DNA of 64,000 nt from Octopus sinensis (lineage: Eukaryota). Positions 51,062 to 62,032 of this stretch are shown piece after piece. A model generated the notes under the pieces. It did not search any database, was not told the DNA's origin, and saw only the letters and a program-made list of their open reading frames with translations. The stretch is taken from contig NC_042997.1 of NCBI RefSeq assembly GCF_006345805.1, forward strand, positions 130,944,001-131,008,000, in the 5' to 3' direction. The first letter of the stretch is position 1. Each line of letters opens with the position of its first letter. The translations under genes and the position numbers were made by a program.

Positions 51062-53038
51062 TTGTATCAGACTGCTAAAAGGGAAGCTAGGAGACAGGTC
51101 TATCTAGCCAGAGGGGAAGCAGATAAGAAAAAATTTGCCAATGTTCTGCGCCGTGAGGACCAAAGACTGGAGGTGTTTCGCGTTGCAAGACAGTGTGTGA
51201 GAGAGAATTGTGATGTGGTGGGAGAGAAGTGTGTTCGCATGGAAGATGGTTCACTTGCGCTAAACGAGGATGCAAAGAGAGAGGCTTGGAGATGCCACTA
51301 TGAAAGGTTGCTGAATAAAGAAAATGAATGGGATAAAGAGAGTCTGCCGAACGTTGACCCAACAGAGGGACCAGCTATCAGGGTTGATAGTTCCTTAGTA
51401 GCTAAGGCAATTAGAAGCATGAAGACAGGGAAAGCCCCAGGCCCATCAGGTATCACTGCAGAGATGCTGAAAATATCTGGTAGTGTCGGCTATAGCCTAG
51501 TCACCTGTATAGTTAATCAGGTGATACATGAAGGAGTCATACCCAATGACTGGTGTAGCAGCATAATAGTCAACTGCTACAAAGGTAAAGGTGATGCCCT
51601 AGATACAAATAATTACAGAGGTATCAAGCTGTTGGATCAGGTGATGAAGGTTACAGAGAGGGTCATAAGCCAACTAATTAGAGAGAGAGTTAGTTTAGAT
51701 GAGATGCAGTTTGGTTTCGTGCCAGGGAAAAGTACCACTGATGCTATATTCCTGGTAAGGCAGCTGCAGGAGAAATACCTAGCCAAAGATAAGGCCCTGT
51801 ACCTGGCTTTTGTTGACATGGAGAAAGCCTTCGACAGGGTCCCCCGATCCCTCATATGGTGGTCAATGAGGAAACTAGGAATAGAAGAATGGTTAGTGAG
51901 AGCTGTGCAAGCCATGTACAGGGACGCTGCTAGTAAGGTGAGGGTTGGAAATGAGTACAGTGAAGAATTCCGGGTAGAGGTAGGGGTCCACCAAGGCTCA
52001 GTCCTCAGCCCCCTCCTATTTATCATAGTCCTCCAGGCAATAACGGAGGAATTCAAGACAGGATGCCCCTGGGAGCTCCTCTATACTGATGACCTTGCTC
52101 TAATTGCTGAGTCATTATCAGAACTGGAGAAGAAGTTTCAGGTGTGGAAGCATGGTTTAGAATCGAAGGGCCTTAGAGTCAACCTAGCTAAAACCAAAGT
52201 CGTAATAAGTAGGAAGGTAGACAAATCACAAACGCCTTCAGGTAGATGGCCCTGCTCGATCTGTAGAAAAGGTGTAGGTAGAAACTCTATAAGATGCACC
52301 AAGTGTAAGCTATGGACACATAAGAGGTGCAGCAATGTCATAGGAAGGCTAACTAGGAAGATGGTTTTTGTATGTGGCAGATGCTCGGGAGCATTAACCT
52401 CTGAAAATCTGCAGAAAACAACTTCCGTCACTTTCCAGGGGGAAAAACTAGAAGTGGTTGATAGCTTCCGTTATCTTGGTGACCAAGTCAGTAGTGGGGG
52501 TGGGTGTGCTGAAAGTGTAACGGCTAGAGTAAGAATAGCCTGGGCAAAGTTTAGGGAGCTCTTACCTCTGTTGGTGACTAAAGGCCTCTCGCTCAGAGTA
52601 AAAGGCAGACTGTATGATGCATGTGTACGAACAGCCATGCTACATGGCAGTGAAACATGGGCCGTGACTGCTGAGGACATGCGTAAGCTCGCGAGAAATG
52701 AAGCTAGTATGCTCCGTTGGATGTGTAATGTCAGTGTTCATAGTCGACAGAGTGTAAGTACCTTGAGAGAAAAGTTGGACCTAAGAGGAATCAGATGTTG
52801 TGTGCAAGAGAGACGATTGCGCTGGTATGGTCATGTGGTGAGAATGGATGAAGATAGGTGTGTGAAAAAGTGCCACACCCTGGCAGTTGAGGGGACCTGT
52901 GGAAGAGGTAGACCCAGGAAAACCTGGGTCGAGGTGGTGAAGCACGACCTTCGAACTCTAGGTCTCACCAAGGAAATGACCAGAGACCGAGACCTATGGA
53001 AGTATGCTGTGCGTGAGAAGACCCGGCAAGACCAGTGA
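51062..53038 (+). CDS. LINE reverse transcriptase (N-terminally truncated) with an inserted C4HC3 PHD-type finger
   Basis: KAPGPSG, NYRGIKLL, QFGFVPG, FVDMEKAFDRV, GVHQGSVLSP, LYTDD, FRYLG, RLRWYGHV, RGRPRKTW; the listed start is TTG and is not a genuine initiator. Confidence 0.9.
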   Translation: MYQTAKREARRQVYLARGEADKKKFANVLRREDQRLEVFRVARQCVRENCDVVGEKCVRMEDGSLALNEDAKREAWRCHYERLLNKENEWDKESLPNVDPTEGPAIRVDSSLVAKAIRSMKTGKAPGPSGITAEMLKISGSVGYSLVTCIVNQVIHEGVIPNDWCSSIIVNCYKGKGDALDTNNYRGIKLLDQVMKVTERVISQLIRERVSLDEMQFGFVPGKSTTDAIFLVRQLQEKYLAKDKALYLAFVDMEKAFDRVPRSLIWWSMRKLGIEEWLVRAVQAMYRDAASKVRVGNEYSEEFRVEVGVHQGSVLSPLLFIIVLQAITEEFKTGCPWELLYTDDLALIAESLSELEKKFQVWKHGLESKGLRVNLAKTKVVISRKVDKSQTPSGRWPCSICRKGVGRNSIRCTKCKLWTHKRCSNVIGRLTRKMVFVCGRCSGALTSENLQKTTSVTFQGEKLEVVDSFRYLGDQVSSGGGCAESVTARVRIAWAKFRELLPLLVTKGLSLRVKGRLYDACVRTAMLHGSETWAVTAEDMRKLARNEASMLRWMCNVSVHSRQSVSTLREKLDLRGIRCCVQERRLRWYGHVVRMDEDRCVKKCHTLAVEGTCGRGRPRKTWVEVVKHDLRTLGLTKEMTRDRDLWKYAVREKTRQDQ

Positions 53039-53085
53039 GAACAATCAAAATCAAATCATATATCAGAAAGCAGGGGTTAAGTGAC

Positions 53086-54492
53086 CCATCTGTTCGTGTC
53101 CGCTGTCAGCCTCGTCTGGCACCTGTGCCGGTGATACGTAAAAGCACCATTCGCTCATGGCCGTTTGCCAGCTCTGCCTGGCCCCGTGTCGGTGGCACGT
53201 AAAAGCACCATCCGTTTGTGTTCGTTGCCAGCCTCGCCTGGCTCTGTGCCGGTGACACGTAAAAGCACTGTCCGTTCGTGGCCGTTGGCCAGCTCTGTCT
53301 GGCCCCGTGTCGGTGGCACGTAAAAGCACCATCCGTCCGTGTCCATTGCCAGCCTCGGCTGGCCCCCGTGCCGGTGACACGTAAAAGCACCGTCCGCTCG
53401 TGGCCGTTTGCCAGCTCTGTCTGGCAACCGTGTCGGTGGCACGTAAAAGCACCATCTGTTCACGTCCGTTGCCAGCCTCGGCTGGCCCCCGTGCCGGTGA
53501 CACGTAAAAGCACCATCCGTTCGTGGCCGTTTGCCAGCTCTGTCTGGCCCCGTGTCGGTGGCACGTAAAAGCACCATCCGTCCGTGTCCGTTGCCAGCCT
53601 CGGCTGGCCCCCGTGCCGGTGACACGTAAAAGCACCGTCCGTTCGTGGCCGGTTGCCAGCTCTGTCTGGCCCCGTTCGGTGGCACGTAAAAGCACCATCC
53701 GTCCGTGTCCATTGCCAGCCTCGGCTGGCCCCCGTGCCGGTGACACGTAAAAGCACCGTCCGCTCGTGGCCGTTTGCCAGCTCTGTCTGGCAACCGTGTC
53801 GGTGGCACGTAAAAGCACCATCTGTTCACGTCCGTTGCCAGCCTCGGCTGGCCCCCGTGCCGGTGACACGTAAAAGCACCATCCGTTCGTGGCCGTTTGC
53901 CAGCTCTGTCTGGCCCCGTGTCGGTGGCACGTAAAAGCACCATCCGTCTGTGTCCGTTGCCAGCCTCGGCTGGCCCCCGTGCCGGTGACACGTAAAAGCA
54001 CCGTCCGTTCGTGGCCGGTTGCCAGCTCTGTCTGGCCCCGTGTCGGTGGCACGTAAAAGCACCATCCGTTCGTGGCCGTTTGCCAGCTCTGTCTGGCCCC
54101 GTGTCGGTGGCACGTAAAAGCACCATCCGTCCATGTCCGTTGCCAGCCTTGGCTGGCCCCCATGCCGGTGACACATAAAAGCACCGTCCGCTCATGGCCG
54201 TTTGCCAGCTCTGTCTGGCAACCGTGTCGGTGGCACGTAAAAGCACCATCCGTTCGTGTCCGTTGCCAGCCTCGGCTGGCCCCCGTGCCGGTGGCACGTA
54301 AAAGCACCGTCCGTTCGTGGCCGGTTGCCAGCTCTGTCTGGCCCCGTGTCGGTGGCACGTAAAAGCACCATCCGTTCGTGTCCGTTGCCAGCATCGCCTG
54401 GCCCCGTGCCGGTGACACGTAAAAGCACCATCCGTTCATGGCCGTTCGCCAGCTCTGTCTGGCACCTGTGCAGGTGGTACGTAAAAAACACC
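53086..54492 (+). repeat. Tandem array of 23 x ~61-bp GC-rich units in the LINE 3' UTR
   Basis: 23 occurrences of the CGTG(C/T)CGGTG(G/A)CACGTAAAAGCACC-type core counted by eye; alternating A/B units; 366-bp higher-order repeat (53341 vs 53707). Confidence 0.95.
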
Positions 54493-54689
54493 CACCACAC
54501 TCACGGAGTGGTTGGCGTTAGGAAGGGCATCCAGCCGTAGAAACACTGCCAGATCTGACTGGGCCTGACGAAGCCTTCCAGCTTCACAGACCCCAGTTGA
54601 CCCGTCCAACCCATGCTAGCATGGAAAACGGACGCTAAACGATTCTTTTTGCTGTGTAAACCTGACACCTAGCTGTCTTTTTGGCTACC

Positions 54690-55160
54690 TGATATAGGTG
54701 ATAGAAGTCATATGACTGCAATAACTGGCATATACATGTGCATGCATATGGAGCAGGGTGATATCGTGTGTAGTGTTGGTGAATTTCAGGAAGCATGGAG
54801 GTTTTAAAGGACGCAATATCTCAGCAGCTAACAACTGATGCAGGTAGTTTGTTCCATGCTTCAGCAAGTGTGAAAGTCATTGGAGCTGTGCTGTTTTCTG
54901 ACTTTGTAGGCATGCCTACATGTGTTAGACATATGGAGCTCAAAAAGGTGCTTAAGGTGGTTGTTGGCACAATGGTTAATAATTTTGTGGGTGTTTACCA
55001 AGTCAGTTGCCAGATGGTGGAGCTTCACTGTATGCTCAGGAAGCTAGGCGTTCAGAGTATGGTAGATACTTGATAGAGGGTATTCTCTGAACAGTTTCCA
55101 GGTGATGCAAATTCCAAATGTGGCCACACCACAGCCATATATAGCTGACAAAGGTCTTCT
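54690..55160 (-). mobile_element. CR1/L2-group LINE 3' fragment
   Basis: Minus strand WNKLPASVVSC..ASFKTSMLPEIHQHYT, same family as 557-790. Confidence 0.6.
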
Positions 55161-55286
55161 CTATAGTAGAAGACACTTACCCAAGGTGCTGTGTAGTAGG
55201 AGAGAACTTGAAACCATGTGATTGCAAAGCAAGCTTCTTAACCACACAGCAATGCTTGTACTTATGTTGTTAAAGGTTTAAGAGGA

Positions 55287-55508
55287 ACTCTTTACTCTTT
55301 TACTTGTTTCAGTCATTTGACTGTGGCCATGCTGGAGCACCGCCTTTAGTCGAGCAAATTGATCCCAGGACTTATTCTTTGTAAGCGTAGTACTTATTCT
55401 ATCGGTCTCTTTTGCCAAACCACTAAGTTACGGGGACGTAAACATAGCATCGGTTGTCAAGCGATGTTGGTGGGACAAACACAGACACACAAACATATAC
55501 ACACACAC

Positions 55509-55563
<55 letters not shown>

Positions 55564-55728
55564 TACGACAGGCTCCTTTCAGTTTCCATCTACCAAAACC
55601 ACTCACAAAGCTTTGGTCGGCCCGAGGCTATAGTAGAAGACACTTGCCCAAAGTGCCTCTCAGTGGGACTGAACCCAGAACCATGTGGTTCGTAAGCAAG
55701 CTACTTACCACACAGCCACTCCTACGCC
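55287..55728 (-). mobile_element. SINE family A, full length
   Basis: Matches the other copies. Confidence 0.9.
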
Positions 55729-55881
55729 TGTTTGTCATTGGTTCTCATATGAGACAGAACTAAAACAAATTAAGACATGCTCCATCATAAATTTATTAAG
55801 GCAGCTTGTTAAAGCAAAGATGAACATGCTAATATTTTACAAGCATGGATAACAATGTTTGAGGAATTGGTTGTTGTTTAA

Positions 55882-56101
55882 CCCTTTAGCATTCAGATTA
55901 CTCTGTCAAATGTAAAGCCTGTTTAATCACATGGTTTTAAATTAATTGTACAGCATCTTGTAACTCTGAGATTTTGATGATGTCCCTGTTTATTTTTAGA
56001 ATGACTTTGTAGGGTAGGTGTGAGAGGTCAGAGCTGGCTGGTTTGAGCATATAACAGGAAGGCAATTTTAGCCTGGTATGACCAGTTTAAACACTAAAGG
56101 G
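55882..56101. mobile_element. piggyBac-like MITE (second family)
   Basis: TTAA|ccctttag ... ctaaaggg|TTAA. Confidence 0.7.
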
Positions 56102-56599
56102 TTAATCTCAGATAAGCCCTAACCAAATAGAACTACAATCATAGACATTGTATCCAGAATATTCATTACATCCTTACTTTTTTACAGTAGTAAGGGTGTG
56201 GTTTGATATAGATTTAGCTGATATTTCTAAAACATAGAACCTCCTTCATTAACTCATAATGGTTTGGTTTTCTATATAAATTGAAATGATAAATATTTTT
56301 CTCTAACACTATATAACTCAGTGAAAGTTGGTGAAATATAATGGAAAACTATTAGTAATTACTGTATCTTGTTTTTCAAAATTTTTTTTTATGGCCATTA
56401 TATATTAATTAATTATTAATGTAATAGAATTGATAAAAGCTATCTCAGCTATTGATCTTGTTGTGGAAGTGTCAGAAGTTCAATAAGCTGTTAACCTGAT
56501 GTAGACAGGTCAGCATTAGCAAGGTACAGGTCCTAACTTACTGAGGCCAGACACATTTTAGAATATGTCTGATCACAAGGTTTACTACTACATTGTCGC

Positions 56600-56613
56600 C
56601 GTCATCGTCTTCG

Positions 56614-56647
<34 letters not shown>

Positions 56648-56960
56648 TTAATGTCAGGTTTCCTATGCTGGTATGGGTTTGTTAGTTTGACTGAGTTTGA
56701 TGATTTGAAGAACTGCATCTTGCATCAATGTCTACTTTAGCTTGGTTTCTATGGCTGGATGTCCTTCCTAATGTCAACCATTTTACAGTGTAGTGGGTGC
56801 TTTTTATGTGCCACCGGCACAGGAGCCAGAGGAGGCTAGCAACGGCCACGATCGGTTGGTGCTTTTTACATGTCACCGACACGGATGCCAGTCAGGTGGC
56901 ACTGGCATCTACCACGTTCAGATGGTGCTTTTTACGTGCCACTGACACAGGTATCACAAC
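56600..56960 (-). mobile_element. RTE-family 3' tail with repeat units and a long (CAT)n
   Basis: Three ggtgctttt..gtg.cac units plus the terminal block. Confidence 0.75.
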
Positions 56961-57564
56961 TACAATTTCCATTTGATTTTTATTTTGATGTTGGTGTTGA
57001 TGTACTTGACTCAATAGGTCTCCTCAAGCACAACGGTCACTCTACAATCCAAGGTTAGCACTTCTTGAACTTAAACTTACACAACTGTACTTTGGCCTTT
57101 TGGAACACTTTCAAATGCACCTTTTTTGTAAAATATAGTAATGTGTAGTAATTTATTACATGGACTATTGGGATATCTCTGAATACTAAATGTTTGTATG
57201 GTATTTGATGCAAACATATTTATTCAAGTGTTTTCTGCCCAATGGCCAGATAAAGGATAGCTCAGTATTGTCAGCTCATAAAACATTGAGTTATCTATTC
57301 CTTTTAAATACATTTCAATATGAATATTTGATCATTGTTGTTATACATCAACAGAGAACATTTTCTCCCTTCAGGCAATCACTGGTGTTTTGGCCTCATT
57401 GTGTGTCTCTTCAGTAGAAGCTTCTCCACACTGATGTCTCTCACAAGGGCCTGAGCTCTTATAAGAATCAGCAAACAAATTATTTGTTAGAGCATGCAGA
57501 TGTCTGCCAAACATAGTAATCCATAAGATGCAAGTAGAATAGTGAAAATTCAAACAATAACATA

Positions 57565-57891
57565 TCCGTGCCGGTGGCACGTAAAAAGATCCATCCGAAC
57601 ATGGCCGATGCCAGCACCGCCTTGACTGGCTTCTGTGCCGGTGGCATGTATAAAGCACCAACTGATCGTGGCCGCTGCTAGCTCCCCACCCGCACCTGTG
57701 CAGGTGGCACGTAAAAAACACCCACTGCACTCATGGAGTGGTTGGCGTTAGGAAGGGCATCCAGCTGTAGAAACACTGCCAGCTCAGACTGAAACCTGGT
57801 GCAGCATCCTGGCTTCCCAAGACCCCAGTCGAACCATCCAACCCCTGCTAGCATGGAAAATGGATGTTAAACGATGATGATGATGATGATG
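57565..57891 (+). mobile_element. PHD-RTE family 3' tail with 3 repeat units
   Basis: cgtgccggtggcacgtaaaa units, terminal block, (GAT)n tail. Confidence 0.85.
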
Positions 57892-58506
57892 AACATATCC
57901 ATACATTCTTAATATGTTCTGGTAGATTCCAATATGAATATATTCTCTGATGGTGAATAACAACAGTGGTCTGATATTCACACTTGAATCTGCAAGAACA
58001 TATTGAGAATGAATACATTATTGTCTGGATTCTTACTGTTCTTCATGTACCACATGAATCAATAATAAAACATTCTTTTATTAGAACTCCCACAGCTTAC
58101 AGTGCTCTTTTAACTGTATCCTTTCAAAGCTAAGTGAACTGGGCCACCATAAATTGTATTTTTTCACAGATTCTGTGAAGTGTTGATAACAAGATTTTGC
58201 ATTATATTTTATCACATAATCAAAAATAAAAAAAAACAAAAAAGCAGTAGCCATTAATCTTTTCAGGGTCTCCAAATTTAGTGGAAGTCATTCTCAAACT
58301 GGAAACCTTCTTGCAATAGTGGACTCCACTAAAAACATATATGGACCAAATTGTGGTGTTCAAGCTAATGATGGATTAAGCCTACCATCCAAAAAATACA
58401 CACATATACAACACACACTTGGAAATAGAGACTTGAACATCAGCCTTTCATATACACACACTTACAGTCTCATACACTATATCTCTACCTCTCTCTCACT
58501 CAATTA

Positions 58507-59052
58507 TTGGGTTGTCTGGAAAGTTCATGCCAGTTTATAGTAGCTTACCTTTCGACTTATTTTGGAACATGGTTGAGTCCATAAAATAGGATTTGACGAC
58601 ACCTCCGCTTAGAGCACAGTTTAAGCTATCTTTTCCTATAACCTGTGTTAATTCTGTAATCCTTTAAAATGGAAGATAAGAAAGTTCATTTTCGGCACTT
58701 GATGCTTTAGGAACCATACAAAAATTGTTGCAGCTTTGCTGGGATGTGTTACCCCACCCTCCATATTTACCAGATATTGCTCCTTTGGATTTCCACTTAT
58801 TCAGGTCTCTGCAGAATAGTCTTAATGGTAAAAATTTCAATTCCTTGGATGACGTAAAAAGATACCTTGATGAATTCTTTGCCATGAAACCACCTCAATT
58901 CTGGGAAGAGGGTATTTTCAAGTTAAAGGAAAGATGGAGACGCATTGTGCAACAAAATGATTCATATTTGGTTGATTAAAAATGGAATGGCAAGTATTTA
59001 TTGACCTTTTTCTTTCCTTTAAAAATCGAAATGAACTTTCCGGACAACCGAA
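58507..59052 (+). mobile_element. Internally deleted mariner element with both TIRs
   Basis: TA|ttgggttgtctggaaagttcat ... atgaactttccggacaaccgaa|TA; N-terminal MEDKKVHFRHLML joined to C-terminal WDVLPHPPYLPDIAPLDFHLFRSLQN. Confidence 0.9.
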
Positions 59053-59306
59053 TACAAACACACTCACATACACATAATACTGATACATTATATGCACTTA
59101 AAGGCATGTGTACACACACATACAATATACATATTTGTGTTGAGTAGGACCTTTTTGCTTTATAGCTTATTTAACCAGTATTGAGTCCTCTGTCAATAAA
59201 TGTTCTGCCATTAAAGAAATGTCAATTTAACATAAATATCATGTACTGTAAGATCTTCTGCAAACACATGCTGTGATATGCATTTACAGCCCCACAGTTA
59301 CGCATA

Positions 59307-59740
59307 ATAATAATGTTCGTCCTTCGGGTTCGAAGATGACCAGTGACATCATCTGGTGGAACTGCCGCTATGAGACCGGAGGTGGCTAGTGAGGCCAATC
59401 CGGGCAAGGAAGCCCCTCCCACAGGTGGGGCAGAAGTGGGTAGGGGCCGTGCTCCTGGTGCAGGCGGCTCTGGCTTTCCGCATCTGGCGTTTCTGCTCTG
59501 CTGACCGAATCTGTCCCTCCTCGGCTGTCCCTGCTCCTGTGGTGATTGCAAAGCATCCCAAAACAGCTCTTCTACGGTGAACTCAGCCAGGGCAAACGCA
59601 AAGTCGGAGGGCAGAAGAAGCGCTTCAAAGACAGTCTCAAGGTCTCTCTCAAAGACTTCTCCATCGGCACAGAGACTTGGGAGACACTTGCTGCCGACCG
59701 CTCATCCTGGCGCAGTGCAATCACCACAGGAGCAATCAAT
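59307..59740 (-). mobile_element. RTE (BovB/RTE-1-like) 3' end with 5' inversion and 14-bp TSD
   Basis: Minus segment encodes CPTCGRGFLARIGLTSHLRSH and an (ATT)n tail; plus segment encodes IPKQLFYGELSQGKRKVGGQKKRFKD; TSD cacagttacgcata at 59293-59306 and 59741-59754. Confidence 0.9.
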
Positions 59741-60006
59741 CACAGTTACGCATATGTCACACTTGAAAGCAGACTCATTCTCACATATACACACTCATAC
59801 ACCTATGTACAACACAACAAACTTAAGTCCATGAATGGACGAGATTCTATATGGTTGCTTGATCTGCTAAAAGTAGCAGCTAAATCTCCACCAAATCACA
59901 CACTCTACCATCTTTGAAAAAAGACGCACTGAATACTGTAGTCCTTGATATTCTGTTCCTAAATATATGGTAAATTAGATACAAATTTAAGTAAATGCTG
60001 TTTATA

Positions 60007-60398
60007 GGTGTAGGAATGGCTGTGTGGTAAGTAGCTTGCTTACCAACCACATGGTTCCGGGTTCAGTCCCACTGTCTTCTACTATTGCCTTGGACCGACC
60101 AAAGCCTTGTGAGTGGATTTGGTAGACGGAAACTGAAAGAAGCCCATCATATATATGTATATATATATATGTATATATTTGTATGTATGTGTGTGTTTGT
60201 TTGTCCCCCCAACATCGCTTGACAACCGATGATGGTGTGTTTACATCCCCATAACTTAGCAGTTCGGCAAAACAGACTGATAGAAAAAGTACTAGGCTTA
60301 CAAAGAATAAGTCATGGGGTCGATTTGCTCAACTAAAGGCGGTGCTCCAGCATGGCCACAGTCAAATGACTGAAACAAGTAAGAGTAAAAGAGTAAAG
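60007..60398 (+). mobile_element. SINE family A
   Basis: A/B-box head, body, tail. Confidence 0.9.
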
Positions 60399-60437
60399 TA
60401 GTCTAAGAGAAATGTAGAGTTGTTACAAGCAAAATAT

Positions 60438-60647
60438 AATGGTTTCAAATTTTGGCACAAGGCCAGCAATTTTGGGGGAGGGGCCTAATTGACCCCAGTA
60501 CTCCAACTGGTACTAATTTAATCAATCCCGAAAGGATGAAAGGCAAAATCAACCATATCAGAATTCAAACTCAGAATGTGAAGACAGACGAAATGGTGCC
60601 AAACATTTTGCCTGGCATGCTAATGATTCTGCCAGCTTGCTGTTGCC
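60438..60647 (-). mobile_element. SINE family M, degenerate
   Basis: cccgaaaggatgaaaggcaaa core on the plus strand. Confidence 0.7.
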
Positions 60648-61651
60648 TTACATGCAAGGTATAATAATAAAATCATGTTTAGGAACAGTCTGAGAAAGTG
60701 TGATGTACATGTGTGTGTGTGTGTGTGTGTGGAAAGATGTTAAAGAACGATTCTTTATATCTGAATTGAAATCGTTATAAAAGTGCAGCCTTGCAACATT
60801 CTAGTAATGTCAGTTAACAAACAAAATCTGCTGTGGGTAGAGGAATAAGGAATAGAGAACTAGTTCTTGGTGGTATTTTAGTTTCTAGTGAATAAAAAGG
60901 AAAAAGAAAACATTTGCTGGAAAGTTTTCAAAAAATGTGAATATACATTTTGCTGTAATGAAAATAAAAATAACTAATTACAAATTAAAGTTTTTTCTTG
61001 AAATACTATTTCTTATAAAAAAATGAAGTTATGTACACACGCACACATACACATTGAGTGTGTTGTTAATATGACTGGTGTTTTGTGATCATGCACTGCT
61101 AACTTAATTAAATTGTTCTTCAGTCCCAGGTGATCTTTGAATAAAGACATTCCAGCTGTAACCATTCCATCTTTATTTCAAAACCGAATCTTGGACTGTT
61201 ATCTGTGTGTCCTTCCTTTTATGATGGTAATGAGTTGAGGGAGCTTTAGCTGCTATTTCTAGCAGACCAAATTGATCAGTAATTTCATTACTGTCCTTGA
61301 TGTTACATTGGGAAAACTGAAATGAGGATTTAGCTTTCTTTAATACAATTGTTCATGTGTCTATAAAAACCTGTATTGTTTTTTTTTATGCTTGTGTGAT
61401 ATGTCCCTATGTTGAGCTCACTGAGTCTGTACTTTTTTGTTGTGGTTTATGGTTTTAGTTTACTCACATTTGTCAAGTTCAAATTCACCAAAGTCAACTT
61501 TGCCTTTCCATCCTTCCAATGTCAATAAGTTGAAGAACCTGCTAAGTACTGGAGCCTATTTGATTAACTAGCCCTTCCTTCAAATTTCATGCTTTGTGTC
61601 TATGTCAGAGACAATTACTAAGGACGGTTGATTAGCAGATTTATTAAAGTA

Positions 61652-62032
61652 CTAGCAGTATAGCCCAGCGTTGCTCGGGTTTGTTTTCTTTTCGACCCTT
61701 TAGAATTGGAATTTTTGAAAAGTAAACATTTTGCATTATGTAGCTTGTTATTCTCTTTAAGTGAACATTTTTCTGGTTGAAATACACCAAAAAATGGTGA
61801 CACAGCAGTCAAAAAATAGGGATTTTCGTAGAAAAAAGCACCTTTTTGATGTAAATAATTTTTGGTCTTAACATGGTCCGATTTGAATTTTTTCTACAGA
61901 ATGAAGAGCAAGTCTTCTTCTATCATACTCTCAATTTTGGACAACTTGTGCCGCAAGGTCTCGGAGGAGATAGTGTTAGTTGAAGGCTACCAAACCTGAC
62001 ACACACAGACAACTTCAGCTTTATATATAAAG
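61652..62032 (-). mobile_element. Non-autonomous Helitron-like element
   Basis: Minus strand: A|TCttatatataaag... cccgagcaacgctgggctatactgCTAG|T; termini resemble 6268-6698. Confidence 0.75.

Larger units (their letters stand above)
51022..54643 (+). mobile_element. Young 5'-truncated RTE-clade non-LTR retrotransposon with a long repeat-containing 3' UTR
   Basis: Uninterrupted RT frame, tandem array, conserved terminal block and stem-loop ending aaacgat; the endonuclease region is absent here but present in the 29355-31953 copy. Confidence 0.92.

Noticed and set aside
53063-54439. 458-aa and 380-aa minus-strand ORFs
   Set aside because: By-products of a GC-rich tandem repeat cycling through frames; periodic low-information translation, antisense to the LINE
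53086-54492. CRISPR-like array next to an RT gene
   Set aside because: The inter-core sequences are not unique spacers but two alternating related types; there are no cas genes, the context is eukaryotic, and the array lies inside a LINE 3' UTR
53086-54492. Hammerhead or HDV ribozyme in the repeat unit; clustered HIF-type TACGTG sites
   Set aside because: No CUGANGA/GAAA hammerhead core and no recognisable nested HDV fold by eye; TACGTG recurs only because it is part of the unit, with no independent support
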